Of a stretch of DNA of 64,000 nucleotides, positions 40,774-51,531 are shown piece by piece. The DNA comes from Candidatus Sulfobium sp. (GTDB lineage Bacteria > Nitrospirota > Thermodesulfovibrionia > Thermodesulfovibrionales > UBA6898). The stretch spans positions 32,001 to 96,000 of the forward strand of contig JARRRI010000009.1 of the NCBI GenBank assembly GCA_037380845.1. Direction: 5' to 3'. Both the position numbers and the translations under genes were made by a program. The notes under the pieces were generated by a model, which saw only the letters and a program-made list of their open reading frames with translations, was not told the DNA's origin and did no database searches. The stretch's first letter is position 1, and every line of letters starts with the position of its first letter.

Positions 40774-41988
40774 CTAAACGTTATTAAGTATATGTCCGAG
40801 TTTTTTCTTCTTAGTCTTAAGGTAAACGAGATTCCGCTCGTGAGGGTTCATCTCTATCGGGACCCTCTCCACAACTTCCAGTCCGTATCCTTCAAGCCCT
40901 ACTATCTTCTTCGGGTTGTTCGTCATAAGACGCATCTTCCTCACTCCCAGATCCACAAGCATCTGGGCGCCTATACCATAATCTCTCAGGTCCGGCTTGA
41001 AGCCCAGTTTCAGGTTCGCCTCCACCGTATCAAGACCTTTGTCCTGCAATTCGTAGGCCTTCAACTTGTTTACCAGACCTATCCCCCGGCCTTCCTGTCT
41101 CATATATAAAATTACGCCCTTCCCGTTTTCATCAATCATCCTCATCGCACTATGCAGCTGTTCCCCGCAGTCGCATCTCCTTGAGCCGAAAACGTCGCCG
41201 GTCAGGCATTCCGAGTGGACCCTTACAAGGACATCGTCATCGTGACTTATTTCGCCTTTCACCAGTGCGATATGGACATTGCTGTCCATATCGTTGCCGT
41301 ACGCTATCACCGTAAAATCTCCGCCGAAATCAGTGGGAAGCCTGGTTGTGGAAACGCGGCGAACAAAACTCTCCGCCCTCATCCTGTACCTTATGAGGTC
41401 CTTTATGGTCACAACCTTCAGGTTGTGCTTCCTGGAAAATTCCAGCAGTTCGGGCAGTCTTGCCATGGTACCATCGTCGCTCATTACCTCGCATATTACG
41501 CCCGCCGGGTACAGCCGGGCCAGCCGCGCGAGATCGACGGAACCTTCCGTCTGGCCCGCCCTCTGAAGGACCCCGCCCCGCCGCGCCCTCAGGGGAAATA
41601 CGTGTCCAGGCTTGGCCAGGTCCTCCGGCTTTGTGTCGGGGTTTATGGCGGCAAGGATCGTGGTGGCCCTGTCGGCGGCGGAGATCCCCGTCGTCACGCC
41701 TTTCTTGGCCTCGACAGAGACCGTGAAAGCGGTCCCGAATGAAGATGTGTTTTCACCGGTCATCATCGGCAGCTTCAGTTCGTCGACCCTTTCCGGCGTC
41801 AGTGACAGACATATCAGGCCCCTGCCGTATTTCGCCATGAAATTGATCGCTTCAGGGGTAACCTTTTCTGCGGCCATGCACAGGTCGCCCTCGTTCTCCC
41901 TGTCTTCGTCGTCCACGAGGATGACCATTCTGCCGGCGGCCATATCCTCGATCGCCTCCTCTATGGTGTTGCACCTATTACGCGGCAT
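40774..41988 (-). CDS. ribBA: Bifunctional DHBP synthase / GTP cyclohydrolase II
   Basis: [33 protein letters not shown]. Confidence 0.97.
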   Translation of the reverse strand: MPRNRCNTIEEAIEDMAAGRMVILVDDEDRENEGDLCMAAEKVTPEAINFMAKYGRGLICLSLTPERVDELKLPMMTGENTSSFGTAFTVSVEAKKGVTTGISAADRATTILAAINPDTKPEDLAKPGHVFPLRARRGGVLQRAGQTEGSVDLARLARLYPAGVICEVMSDDGTMARLPELLEFSRKHNLKVVTIKDLIRYRMRAESFVRRVSTTRLPTDFGGDFTVIAYGNDMDSNVHIALVKGEISHDDDVLVRVHSECLTGDVFGSRRCDCGEQLHSAMRMIDENGKGVILYMRQEGRGIGLVNKLKAYELQDKGLDTVEANLKLGFKPDLRDYGIGAQMLVDLGVRKMRLMTNNPKKIVGLEGYGLEVVERVPIEMNPHERNLVYLKTKKKKLGHILNNV

Positions 41989-42067
41989 ATTCTCCTCCGG
42001 CGATAGCATATGTTAATACAATCAGAGCAATGTTCGTCATGTTCGCCTCTTCCTTATGACATCGTGG

Positions 42068-42703
42068 CTACGCAAACCCTTCCTCGACGAGGGCCTGCAT
42101 AAAACCCGAGTCTTTCCTCTTTCCCAGGAACCTGGCAACATACTTGCCAAGGATATCAGCCTCGATGTTCACGGAATCTCCGGCCTCCTTGTAACCGACT
42201 GTCGTCATCTTCGCCGTATGGGGAATTATGACGGTAGAGAAGCCCTCCCTGAACACCTCAACAACTGTGAGGCTTATGCCGTCCAGTGCGACCGAACCCT
42301 TTTCGACCAGAAGATCCGCGATCTTTGCTCCGGAATGGACCGCTATCTTGTACACTTCCCCTGAAACCGCCTTTGATCTTATGCTCCCCACGCCGTCTAT
42401 ATGGCCTGTTACGAAGTGTCCGCCCAGCCTGGAATCCGCCCTGAGTGAAGGTTCCAGATTCACCCGGTCTTTCAACCTCAGCCTACCGAGGTTCGTCGAT
42501 TTCAGCGTCTCGTCCGAAAGGTCGAAGGCAAGCAGGTCTCCTCTCTTTCCCACCACGGTAAGGCAGACTCCGTTCACTGCAATACTGTCCCCTATCGCTG
42601 CATCGGAAGACATGGCGGGAGACTGAATATCGAGCCGGCCTGCGGCCTTTCCCTTTCCCAAACCGGCCACCTCTCCCAGCTCTGCAATCAGTCCGGTAAA
42701 CAT
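42068..42703 (-). CDS. ribE: Riboflavin synthase (alpha chain)
   Basis: MFTGL, NGVCLT, GGHFVTGHID, DGISLT. Confidence 0.96.
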   Translation of the reverse strand: MFTGLIAELGEVAGLGKGKAAGRLDIQSPAMSSDAAIGDSIAVNGVCLTVVGKRGDLLAFDLSDETLKSTNLGRLRLKDRVNLEPSLRADSRLGGHFVTGHIDGVGSIRSKAVSGEVYKIAVHSGAKIADLLVEKGSVALDGISLTVVEVFREGFSTVIIPHTAKMTTVGYKEAGDSVNIEADILGKYVARFLGKRKDSGFMQALVEEGFA

Positions 42704-43056
42704 CAATACTCCTCAGTCAGGGTGAAGTCGAGCTTCCTGGTGTAATAACCCCAGAAATCCACAACCTCCGACCAGTTGGCCTTGACCGTTACGACTTTCG
42801 ACACCCTATTCTTTTTCACCTCGAGATTGTCTGCATCGAGAGGAATACCGAGTTCATCGGCACGCTGCAGCACCTTCCTCCTGATGGTGTTGACATTGCC
42901 AACCTCCATCAACAACTCGTCGTGTGCATAAGACCTGAGAGTATAGTAACGGTAATACGGCTTCCCGAAGGATATGAGCACGAACGCTCCCACAACGAGA
43001 ATCGCCAGGGTGAAGAAAAACTTTATGGAGCCCTGACGGTCCAGGCGGTTCTTCAT
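42703..43056 (-). CDS. Hypothetical pilin-like single-TM protein (DUF4845-like)
   Basis: RQG followed by a hydrophobic helix; directly downstream of lepB. Confidence 0.6.
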   Translation of the reverse strand: MKNRLDRQGSIKFFFTLAILVVGAFVLISFGKPYYRYYTLRSYAHDELLMEVGNVNTIRRKVLQRADELGIPLDADNLEVKKNRVSKVVTVKANWSEVVDFWGYYTRKLDFTLTEEY

Positions 43057-43610
43057 CGTATCAGCTTCCCTATTCTGTCAAAGCGGACCCAGTGTTTGTT
43101 GCCGTCCCAGGACCAGTAGATTATTATCGCTTTCCCTTTTATCTGGTCGTCTTCCACAAATCCCCAGTATCTGCTGTCGTAACTCTCGTCCCGGTTGTCA
43201 CCCATGACAAAGACGTCCCCCTTGGGGACCGTAATAGGCCCGAAGTTGTCCCTGGGATCGATCCCGCCGGGCTTGATGCTGTTGTCCACATGCTGCACAT
43301 AAGGCTCAGCGAGTTTGCGGCCGTTCACATAAATGACCTTGTTGCGTGAAGCCACGGTATCCCCCTCCACGCCGATGACCCTCTTGATGAAATCCCTTTT
43401 GGGGTCCTCCGGATACTTGAATACTATAACATCTCCCCGATGCGGGTCTCTGAGTCCCGGCATATGGAAGAGGTGGATGTTGGTGAAAGGTATGTCCACG
43501 GGGGTACCGAGCACAAACTTGTTAACAAGAAGATGGTCACCCACAAGCAGTGTCGGTATCATGGAGCCCGATGGGATCTTGAATGCCTGAATTACGAAGG
43601 TCCTGATCAC
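43053..43610 (-). CDS. lepB: Signal peptidase I, native start apparently lost
   Basis: [29 protein letters not shown]; in-frame upstream remnant [17 protein letters not shown] reaches about 43663 with no ATG. Confidence 0.9.
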   Translation of the reverse strand: MIRTFVIQAFKIPSGSMIPTLLVGDHLLVNKFVLGTPVDIPFTNIHLFHMPGLRDPHRGDVIVFKYPEDPKRDFIKRVIGVEGDTVASRNKVIYVNGRKLAEPYVQHVDNSIKPGGIDPRDNFGPITVPKGDVFVMGDNRDESYDSRYWGFVEDDQIKGKAIIIYWSWDGNKHWVRFDRIGKLIR

Positions 43611-45394
43611 AAGGGCGATGATGAATGCAAATATGACGGCCTCGACCGTCTCTCTGAAGGCGGCTTCATCCTCTTCTTGCCCTCCTTCTGTTTTTCAAGC
43701 AACTTTCGCTTGCGGGTAATATCGCCCCCGTAACATTTGGCGATAACGTCTTTCCTGAGCGCCTTGACGCTCTCCCGGGCGATGACCTTGCTTCCGATCG
43801 CAGCCTGGATGGCCACTTCGTACATCTGCCTTGGGATGATCTCTCTCAGTTTCTGGGTCAATTGTCGCCCTTTATAATACGCTTTATCTTTATGAACTAT
43901 CAAGGATAGCGCATCGACCGGTTCTCCGTTGATCAGCGTATTCAGCTTGATCAGGTCCGCCGCCCTGTAACCGAGGAACTCGTAGTCCATCGAGGCATAG
44001 CCCTTCGACAGGGACTTCAGACGGTCATAAAAATCCCAGAGGATTTCATTCAGCGGAAGCTCGTATTCGACTTTTATCCTGTCCTTTCCAACGAATACGA
44101 AGTTCCTCTGGACGCCCCTTTTTTCCTGGCACAGATCAAGGATGTAACCGATGAAATCCGAAGGGACCAAGACGGTTGCTGTCACAAAGGGCTCTTCTAT
44201 TTTCTCATAGCGTTCCGGCAGCGAGGCGGGATTATCTACATTCAGTATTTCTCCCCTGGTCGTGGTAACCCTGTAAACGACCGTAGGCGCCGTACTGAGG
44301 ATAGACAGATTAAATTCCCTCTCAAGTCTCTCCTGGATTATGTCCATATGGAGCAGACCCAGAAAACCGCATCTGAAACCGAAGCCGAGGGCCAGGGATG
44401 TTTCGGGTTCGTAAGTGAAGGACGAATCGTTCAGCCTCAGCTTATTGAGGGCATCCCTCAGGTTTTCGTACTGATGCGGGGTGGTCGGATAAAACCCGCA
44501 GAAGACCAGTGGCTTCACATCCTTGTACCCCGGACACGGTTCGGAAACGGGCATGGCAGCGTCGGTTATCGTATCGCCTATTTTTGTTTCAGTGACGCTT
44601 TTTATGCCCGCTATTATATAGCCGGCCTCACCGGAAAAAAGTTCATCCACCGGCGTCATCTTCGGAGTGAACACCCCGACCTGGTCGACTTCGAAGGCGC
44701 TGCCGGTAGCCATGAGCCTGATTTTCATGCCTCGCCTCACCCTGCCGTCAAAAACCCTTACAAGGACGATGACCCCTTGATAGCTGTCGAACCAGGAATC
44801 GAATATCAGGGCCTTCAGGGGACGGGCGTCGTCACCCGACGGAGGCTTTATCCGGTTTACTATCGCATCGAGGATTTCCTTTGTTCCCCGCCCCTCTTTG
44901 GCGCTGGCGAAGATCGCGCCGGAGCAGTCTATTCCGACGGCATCTTCAATCTGCTCCCTGGTCCTTTCAGGTTCCGCGCTCGGCAAGTCGATCTTGTTTA
45001 TTACGGGTATCACTTCGAGGTCGTGCTCCACCGCGAGATAGGTGTTGGCGAGTGTCTGTGCCTCGACTCCCTGGGTCGCATCGACCACGAGCAGCGCGCC
45101 CTCGCAGGAAGCCAGGCTCCTTGACACCTCATAGGAAAAATCGACATGGCCGGGAGTATCGATAAGGTTCAAGGTATAATCCCTGCCGTCGTCGGCCTTG
45201 TAGCAGAGCCTCACGGCGTGGGCCTTTATGGTGATGCCCCTCTCCCGCTCGAGGTCCATGGAATCCAGCACCTGCTCCATCATTTCACGCTCGCTGAGGG
45301 CCCCCGTATATTCAAGAAGCCTGTCAGCCAGTGTCGACTTTCCATGATCTATGTGCGCTATGATGGAAAAGTTGCGTATATTCTTCGACATCAA
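43607..45394 (-). CDS. lepA: Translation factor EF-4 (LepA) with aberrant C-terminus
   Basis: [44 protein letters not shown], then non-homologous tail [18 protein letters not shown]. Confidence 0.95.
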   Translation of the reverse strand: MMSKNIRNFSIIAHIDHGKSTLADRLLEYTGALSEREMMEQVLDSMDLERERGITIKAHAVRLCYKADDGRDYTLNLIDTPGHVDFSYEVSRSLASCEGALLVVDATQGVEAQTLANTYLAVEHDLEVIPVINKIDLPSAEPERTREQIEDAVGIDCSGAIFASAKEGRGTKEILDAIVNRIKPPSGDDARPLKALIFDSWFDSYQGVIVLVRVFDGRVRRGMKIRLMATGSAFEVDQVGVFTPKMTPVDELFSGEAGYIIAGIKSVTETKIGDTITDAAMPVSEPCPGYKDVKPLVFCGFYPTTPHQYENLRDALNKLRLNDSSFTYEPETSLALGFGFRCGFLGLLHMDIIQERLEREFNLSILSTAPTVVYRVTTTRGEILNVDNPASLPERYEKIEEPFVTATVLVPSDFIGYILDLCQEKRGVQRNFVFVGKDRIKVEYELPLNEILWDFYDRLKSLSKGYASMDYEFLGYRAADLIKLNTLINGEPVDALSLIVHKDKAYYKGRQLTQKLREIIPRQMYEVAIQAAIGSKVIARESVKALRKDVIAKCYGGDITRKRKLLEKQKEGKKRMKPPSERRSRPSYLHSSSPL

Positions 45395-46338
45395 CTCTTG
45401 ACGGAGACAGGTCCCGGCAGATTGCTGAAAACGAGGCAGGCGGCCCCTATAATGCCCGCGTTGTCTTCGAGAGAGGAGGGGATTATCTTCACGGCATCGA
45501 AGAGGTCCTTGAAAGCCCTCCTCGACGCCTCTTTCATGGCTTCCTGTACGTAAATGTTCCAGGCGCCGGTGAGGCCTCCGGCGAGGATTATCGCCTCCGG
45601 ACCAAGAACATTGATAATATTTGCAAGGCCGATACCCAGGTATCGGCCCGCGTCTTTCAAAACTTCCCTGGACAGGTTATCACCTTCCAGGGCGGCCTCG
45701 TAAATGTCCTCCGGCGTCAACTTGTAAAAGCTGCCTTTACAGCATTCCTTCAGGAGACTTTCCGTACCCTTCTCCAGCATGGAGACCGCCCTCGCTATCA
45801 TTGCACGGGCAGAGGCATAATTTTCAAGACACCCCGTATTGCCGCAGGGACACTTCTCGGCTTCCGGATTGATGCTGATATGGCCCAGCTCTGCAGGCAC
45901 TTCAAGCACTCTCCCCTGATAGATAATTCCTGCGCCGATCCCGGTGCCGAGCGTGAGAAGCACGAAATTCTGGAAATCCCTGCCCGAACCCACCATTCTC
46001 TCGCCCAGTGCGGCTGCGTTGGCGTCATTCTCGATAAACACCGGCGTGCCGAACCTTTTCCGTAATTCTCCGACCGCGTCCAGACCCTCGATAGCATGCA
46101 GGTTGGGGGATGCGAAGACCGTGCTGTTTTTGCGGTCGATCAGGCCCGCCACGCCGAGCCCTATGCCCCCGACCGGGCCGGAATGTATGATCTCCCCGAT
46201 CGACTCCGACAGAACATCGAGGATCTGCTCGGAGGAAGGCTTCTTGACCTTTCTGATAATCTCCCCGCCTTCCGACACGAGCGCAACCCTGAGGTTGGTG
46301 CCGCCGAGGTCAACGCCTATCGCATATTTCTGTGACAT
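45391..46338 (-). CDS. glk: ROK-family glucokinase
   Basis: [39 protein letters not shown]. Confidence 0.88.
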   Translation of the reverse strand: MSQKYAIGVDLGGTNLRVALVSEGGEIIRKVKKPSSEQILDVLSESIGEIIHSGPVGGIGLGVAGLIDRKNSTVFASPNLHAIEGLDAVGELRKRFGTPVFIENDANAAALGERMVGSGRDFQNFVLLTLGTGIGAGIIYQGRVLEVPAELGHISINPEAEKCPCGNTGCLENYASARAMIARAVSMLEKGTESLLKECCKGSFYKLTPEDIYEAALEGDNLSREVLKDAGRYLGIGLANIINVLGPEAIILAGGLTGAWNIYVQEAMKEASRRAFKDLFDAVKIIPSSLEDNAGIIGAACLVFSNLPGPVSVKS

Positions 46339-46733
46339 ATCCAAGTTCAGCCAGAGGAAAGATAACGAACGCGAGGAAGTAGAATAAGGGTCGAACTTTC
46401 CCAGGATCTCTTCTCATTACAATCGTCCCTCACTTCCCGCTCATGTGAATGTTTATCTTATCACAAAGCATTAATGGGAGTAAAGAAATGTGACGCCTGT
46501 CTACTCCACAATTGACCGTCTGAAAGAGGCATCGGACATGCCGGCTGGCCCCTCCAGGGGAAGACCGGGATCTGTAACTGCAAGCCACTTTTCGACGCCC
46601 TCTTTTGGGCTTTTCGGAGATTTTCATGCAAGGTCCAGGGTCATTTTCGGAAGCAGCAGACTTCCCGGGACACAACTTCGACACTTCAGGGCGGGGCCGG
46701 AGGAGCGGGGATAAGAGATTTCGAAACTTTTAC

Positions 46734-46763
46734 TTGACAGCTGCGGCTTATTGAAAATAGAAT
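46734..46763 (+). promoter_or_regulatory. Promoter of the ArsR gene (probably leaderless)
   Basis: TTGACA-18 nt-TAGAAT, 6 nt before the GTG start. Confidence 0.65.
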
Positions 46764-46769
46764 AAGTAT

Positions 46770-47102
46770 GTGAAACATAACAAGACATTGTTCGAACTTC
46801 AGGCAGAGATCTGCAAGACACTTGCCAGTTCGAAGCGACTTGAAATAATCAACGCCCTGAAAGACGGAGAGAAGACAGTCGGCGAACTCGTTGAAATCCT
46901 TGGGGTACCCAAGGCAAATGTGTCCCAGCACCTGGCTGTGATGAGGCACAAGGGTATCCTGAAGTCCCGCAGAAAAGGCGTAAACATCTATTACCATATT
47001 TCAAACGACAAGGTAATACAGGCGTGCACCCTGATGCGCGAGGTGCTTACCGAGGAAATGCGGGAAAGGTCCGAACTGATCGAACTCGTATCCCACAGTT
47101 AA
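46770..47102 (+). CDS. ArsR/SmtB-family transcriptional regulator
   Basis: CKTLASSKRLEII, VGEL, NVSQHLAVMR, RRKG..IYY; Cys near each end. Confidence 0.9.
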   Translation: MKHNKTLFELQAEICKTLASSKRLEIINALKDGEKTVGELVEILGVPKANVSQHLAVMRHKGILKSRRKGVNIYYHISNDKVIQACTLMREVLTEEMRERSELIELVSHS

Positions 47103-47149
47103 GCGCACGGCCCACGGTCTGGCCGGGTCCGAACTGACCGAACCCGTAT
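47068..47149 (+). repeat. 24-bp imperfect direct repeat of the arsR 3' end
   Basis: GGTCCGAACTGATCGAACTCGTAT (47068-47091) vs GGTCCGAACTGACCGAACCCGTAT (47126-47149). Confidence 0.7.
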
Positions 47150-47180
47150 TGTGCGGCTGAATCGCGATATTGACGTATCC

Positions 47181-47211
47181 GTGACCTGGGGCGGGTCGCT
47201 TCACTTTTTTT
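47181..47211 (+). terminator. Putative intrinsic terminator after arsR
   Basis: GTGACCTG-GGG-CGGGTCGC stem followed by TTCACTTTTTTT. Confidence 0.45.
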
Positions 47212-47256
47212 CATCCTCCCATTATAATAACGGAGCAAGTAGCGGTAAGAATACCA

Positions 47257-47649
47257 ATGCTCGTCGGTTATAACACCAACGTACCTTATAAAGGAAAACT
47301 CTACCACGTCCAGACGGAGGACAGCGGGCTGAAAAACCCGGTCATCACCACCCTTCTCTATTTCAAGGGGACCATCCTCGCTTCCAGGAAAAGCAGCTAC
47401 GCTCATCTTGCCGGTGACCCGTCTCACAAGGAAAAAGTGAGGGAGCTGATGAAAGACCAGCACAAGGCGATGATAAGGGAATTGATCAGGGGCAAACACA
47501 CGGGGGAAAAGCCCCCGGAGGAAGACGAAGGCCGGTCTGCGGAAGAGTCGGCCGCGCGGGATGGAAAGGAGATCACCCTCACCAAAGGCCAGATATCGAA
47601 GAGCCTTGACGACATCCTTCTGGACTATATAATAAGAAGAAAAGATTAG
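47257..47649 (+). CDS. Hypothetical protein upstream of ftsEX
   Basis: 130-aa ORF, GYNTNV..KGKLYHVQTED, ending SLDDILLDYI; co-oriented with ftsE. Confidence 0.75.
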   Translation: MLVGYNTNVPYKGKLYHVQTEDSGLKNPVITTLLYFKGTILASRKSSYAHLAGDPSHKEKVRELMKDQHKAMIRELIRGKHTGEKPPEEDEGRSAEESAARDGKEITLTKGQISKSLDDILLDYIIRRKD

Positions 47650-47664
47650 CCGGAGCGCAGCCTT

Positions 47665-48183
47665 ATGATTCATTTTTTAGACGTAACAAAGGATTACGAC
47701 AACCAGACCGCCTTAAGGAACGTGACATTTTCGGTAGAGAAGGGCGAGATGGCTTTTATCACGGGACCCAGCGGTTCCGGCAAGACTACGGCGCTGAAAC
47801 TCATCTACCTCGCTGAAAAACCGGACGAGGGGACGATCACCGTTGCGGGATGGGAGACCGACCAGCTGAGAGAATCGGCTGTTCCGTTTCTAAGGCGCAA
47901 TATAGGGGTAGTATTTCAGGACTTCAGGCTCCTGGCCAGGAAAAACGTCTTCGAAAACGTGGCGATGGCCCTCAGGATAAGGGGAGTCGGTGTCCTTGCG
48001 GATGAGCCCACCGGCAATCTGGATTCTGATACCGCCGAAGGGGTCATGAGGATTTTCAGGAACGTCAATACAAAAGGAACAACCATCCTGATTGCGACAC
48101 ACAACAGGGAGCTTTACAGGAATTCCGGACGAAGGGTTTTCAGACTGGACGCGGGAAACCTGGTTGGAGAAGAGACTCGTTGA
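47665..48183 (+). CDS. ftsE: Cell division ATPase FtsE with internal deletion (no ABC signature); possibly non-functional
   Basis: Walker A GPSGSGKT, Q-loop VFQDFRL, then directly VLADEPTGNLD; LSGG signature absent; 172 aa. Confidence 0.85.
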   Translation: MIHFLDVTKDYDNQTALRNVTFSVEKGEMAFITGPSGSGKTTALKLIYLAEKPDEGTITVAGWETDQLRESAVPFLRRNIGVVFQDFRLLARKNVFENVAMALRIRGVGVLADEPTGNLDSDTAEGVMRIFRNVNTKGTTILIATHNRELYRNSGRRVFRLDAGNLVGEETR

Positions 48184-49058
48184 TGTCCGCTCCTTACGCA
48201 CTCAAGCTGGCGGCCCTGAGCCTTTTCCGGGAGAAGTGGATCAACCTTCTCTCTGTGCTGACTATCGGCTCCGGGCTGCTCGTGATCAGCGTAGCCTTCC
48301 TGGCGGCTTATAATATCAAGGCGGCAACCGGAAGGCTCCCGGAAAAGTTTTCGATGGTCCTGTACCTTGACGATGGCGCGACCAGGGCGCAGGTCGACCG
48401 GACCGTCCTTTCTCTGAAGAAAGATCCGGCCGTTTCCTCCGTCAGATATATCCCCAAGGAAGACGCCATGAAAGAATTAAAAGCCACGATCAAAAATGCA
48501 GACGATCTCTTTGAAGGCCTCGATGAAAACCCCCTTCCCGATTCGCTCGAAGTGAAGCTGAAAAGAGATGCCGTCGGCCCTGAAACGGTGAAAAAACTGG
48601 CTGCGGAGGCGGGCAGGCTCAAGGGGGTCAGAGAAGTCGACTACGGCGAGAAGTTTCTTTCATCGCTTTATTCTCTTCGGAAAGGAGTGGAATCACTGGG
48701 CCTGATTCTCATCGCCATCATGGCCGCCAGCATTACATTTGTCTGCTACAGCACGGTGAAGATACTCTTTTACAGGAGAAGCGAGGAAATCGAGACCTTC
48801 AAGCTTCTTGGAGCCACCAGGTGGTTCATCAGATTCCCGTTCCTTCTGGAGGGCGCCGTGATCGGCTTCACGGGGGGGATGCTCAGCCTGATCGGCATGT
48901 TTTCATTCTATTACTTCGGCCTTCTTAAACTCAGTCTTACCTCGCCGGTCTTCAGGGCGGTCCTCTTCCCGGCAGATCTGTTTCTGCCTCTCCCCCTGGT
49001 CGGTCTCTTACTCGGACTTGCAGGATCGGTGATTGCGCTCGGAAGGCTCAGGTACTGA
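48183..49058 (+). CDS. ftsX: Cell division permease FtsX
   Basis: TM, periplasmic domain (ENPLPDS), 3 TM; EIETFKLLGAT..FIRFPFLLEG. Confidence 0.92.
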   Translation: MSAPYALKLAALSLFREKWINLLSVLTIGSGLLVISVAFLAAYNIKAATGRLPEKFSMVLYLDDGATRAQVDRTVLSLKKDPAVSSVRYIPKEDAMKELKATIKNADDLFEGLDENPLPDSLEVKLKRDAVGPETVKKLAAEAGRLKGVREVDYGEKFLSSLYSLRKGVESLGLILIAIMAASITFVCYSTVKILFYRRSEEIETFKLLGATRWFIRFPFLLEGAVIGFTGGMLSLIGMFSFYYFGLLKLSLTSPVFRAVLFPADLFLPLPLVGLLLGLAGSVIALGRLRY

Positions 49059-50188
49059 TGGCGGTTGCCTTGCTGCTGCTCGTAACACTCCTTTCCCCCG
49101 TGATTTCCCGGGCTGCAGACCTCCAGAGCCGGTACAAGGATATTCAGGAGAGGATGGCCGAACAAAAGGAGAAGATCGGAGAGGCGCTGGGTCGCGAATC
49201 TTCCATCCTGAGCGAGATTGAGGAAATGAACAGGAAGCTCGCCCTGACGGAAAAGGAGCTTAAAAGACAGAGGCGAGCCCTTCGTCGGACCGAGTCCGAG
49301 ATCAGGGACACAAACGGCAGGATAGCTAACATCGACAACCGGCTCGCCACGCGGAAAAACTGGATAAAAAGAAAACTCAGGGTGATGCAGCGATTCGGAT
49401 ACTCCGGAGATCTGCTTATGCTGCTGCTGAGCGCCCGGGATGCTTCTCAGATGATGAGGGTATGGAGGGATCTGGAGTCGATCGCCGCTTACGACAACAG
49501 GGTCCTCGATGAATACCGGCATGACCTGAAGGAGCTTAAAGCCGAAAAAGCCAGGCTGAAGACGCTCAAGTCAAATCTCCTCCTGAAAACCGGAAGAGTG
49601 GCTGCCGAAGAAAAGGAACTTGCAGAACAGAGGAGCGAGAAGGAGGGGCTGCTTTCGTCCGTCCGTCACGAGAAGGACGCCCACAGAAAGATGCTTATGG
49701 AACTTCAGGAGGCTTCCAGGAAACTCCTGGACATAATCCGCGAATCTTACAGAAAAGACACTTACGCAGGCAGGGGATTTTCACACCTGAAGGGAAAACT
49801 GCACTGGCCGGTCAACGGCAGGGTCGCGATCCCTTATGGTCCGCAGAAGGACCCCCAGTTCGACACCCCGGTATTCAGAAACGGTATCCATATCAAAACG
49901 GCATCCGATGCCGATGCCAGGGCGATATACGGGGGAAAAGTGATATTTTCCGACTGGTTCAAGGGATACGGACAGTTGATTATCGTGAACCATGGCGGCG
50001 GCTACAATTCGCTCTACGGCAATCTCTCGCAGATTTTTTCCCATGCCGGGGATATAATAAAAAGTAACCAGGTGATAGGAAAAGTCGGGACGTCGGGCAT
50101 ACTGAATGCTCCAGGCCTTTATTTCGAGATACGCTACAAAGGCAAACCCCTCGATCCAACACAGTGGCTGCTGAACAAAAGAAGATAA
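49058..50188 (+). CDS. envC: Murein hydrolase activator EnvC-like (coiled coil plus M23)
   Basis: Signal peptide, long coiled coil, WPVNG, GYGQLIIVNH, LYFEIR. Confidence 0.88.
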   Translation: MAVALLLLVTLLSPVISRAADLQSRYKDIQERMAEQKEKIGEALGRESSILSEIEEMNRKLALTEKELKRQRRALRRTESEIRDTNGRIANIDNRLATRKNWIKRKLRVMQRFGYSGDLLMLLLSARDASQMMRVWRDLESIAAYDNRVLDEYRHDLKELKAEKARLKTLKSNLLLKTGRVAAEEKELAEQRSEKEGLLSSVRHEKDAHRKMLMELQEASRKLLDIIRESYRKDTYAGRGFSHLKGKLHWPVNGRVAIPYGPQKDPQFDTPVFRNGIHIKTASDADARAIYGGKVIFSDWFKGYGQLIIVNHGGGYNSLYGNLSQIFSHAGDIIKSNQVIGKVGTSGILNAPGLYFEIRYKGKPLDPTQWLLNKRR

Positions 50189-50211
50189 GTCAGGAGGACA
50201 AAGCGAAAGAA

Positions 50212-51525
50212 ATGCCAAGAAAAAGATTTCTGTTGATCTGGTTGCTGGTAATAGCAGTTACCGCCACTGGTATATCCATAGGAAGATTATCCGCAACCGT
50301 AACGGCAAATGCGGGCGAGGGATACGAAGAACTCAAGACGTTCACCGAAGTCCTGTCGATGGTAAAAAAATATTACGTGGAGGACGTGAGCACAAAGGAC
50401 CTCGTATACGGCGCCATAAAGGGGATGCTGAATTCCCTTGATCCCCATTCCAGTTTCATGCCGCCCGAGGCTTTCAAGGAAATGCAGGTGGAGACGAAGG
50501 GCGAGTTCGGCGGCCTGGGCATACAAATAGGGATAAAAGACGGGGTGCTCACGGTGATCGCGCCGATCGAAGACACGCCGGCCTGGAAGGCGGGCATCAA
50601 GGCGGGTGACAAGATAATAAAGATAAGCGGGAAGCCCACAAAGAACGTGAGCCTTGAGGAAGCGGTCTCGAAGATGAGAGGCGTGCCGAAGACTTCCATT
50701 ACCATAACCGTCTACCGCGAGGGGTGGAAGGAGCCGAAGGACTTCACAATCGTCAGGGAAATCATAAAGATAAAGAGCATAAAATCGAAGGTCATCGAAG
50801 GCGATATAGGATATGTGAAGATCAGCCAGTTCCAGGAGCAAACCGCATCGGACCTCGAAAAGGCACTCAAGGATCTCGATAAAAAGAAGATTAGATCTCT
50901 TATAGTCGATCTGAGGAACAACCCCGGCGGGCTGCTTAACAGCGCTGTCGATGTTGCCGGAGAGTTCCTGCCGAAAGGCAAGCTGGTAGTCTACACCAAG
51001 ACCAGGTCGGGCGAAAAGACCGAATTCTATACCGAAGGGAACCAGTTGGCGACGCAGCCCATGATCGTTCTGGTGAACGAGGGGAGTGCAAGCGCCTCCG
51101 AGATCGTGGCAGGCGCGCTGAAGGACTGGAACCGGGCTGCAATCCTCGGCACCCAGACCTTTGGAAAAGGTTCCGTTCAGACGGTGATACCGCTGAGCGA
51201 TGGAGCCGGCCTCAGGCTCACCACCGCGAGATACTATACTCCCAAGGGGATATCGATTCAGAACACGGGGATAACTCCCGACATAGTGGTCAAGCTGGTG
51301 GCAAAGAACGGCGAAAAAGAACACCCTGTACTGAGGGAAAGAGACCTGGCTAGACACCTCCGGAATGAACAGACCGGGAAGACAAAACCGGAAAAGGTTG
51401 AGACGGTCCCTCTTGAGGTGGGAGAAAAAGAAGATGTCCAGCTTCAGCGGGCGGTTGACATACTGAAGACATGGGACGTGTTCAGGGGACTGCCGAAAGA
51501 ATCGTGCGAGAGCGTTCCCAAGTAG
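50212..51525 (+). CDS. ctpA: C-terminal processing protease (S41A, PDZ)
   Basis: LDPHS, FGGLGI, DLRNNPGGLL, SASASEI, TFGKGSVQ. Confidence 0.92.
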   Translation: MPRKRFLLIWLLVIAVTATGISIGRLSATVTANAGEGYEELKTFTEVLSMVKKYYVEDVSTKDLVYGAIKGMLNSLDPHSSFMPPEAFKEMQVETKGEFGGLGIQIGIKDGVLTVIAPIEDTPAWKAGIKAGDKIIKISGKPTKNVSLEEAVSKMRGVPKTSITITVYREGWKEPKDFTIVREIIKIKSIKSKVIEGDIGYVKISQFQEQTASDLEKALKDLDKKKIRSLIVDLRNNPGGLLNSAVDVAGEFLPKGKLVVYTKTRSGEKTEFYTEGNQLATQPMIVLVNEGSASASEIVAGALKDWNRAAILGTQTFGKGSVQTVIPLSDGAGLRLTTARYYTPKGISIQNTGITPDIVVKLVAKNGEKEHPVLRERDLARHLRNEQTGKTKPEKVETVPLEVGEKEDVQLQRAVDILKTWDVFRGLPKESCESVPK

Positions 51526-51531
51526 GGAGAA

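Noticed and set aside
42068..43056. Absence of ribD from the rib cluster
   Set aside because: ribD is often encoded elsewhere and there is no visible lesion at this position.
46685..46710. TTCAGGGCGGGGC resembling the start of an FMN riboswitch
   Set aside because: Remaining FMN aptamer motifs are absent and it is on the wrong strand and position for the rib genes.
47068..47149. Direct repeat as a DGR template/variable repeat pair
   Set aside because: Only 24 bp with 2 differences and no reverse transcriptase in the window.
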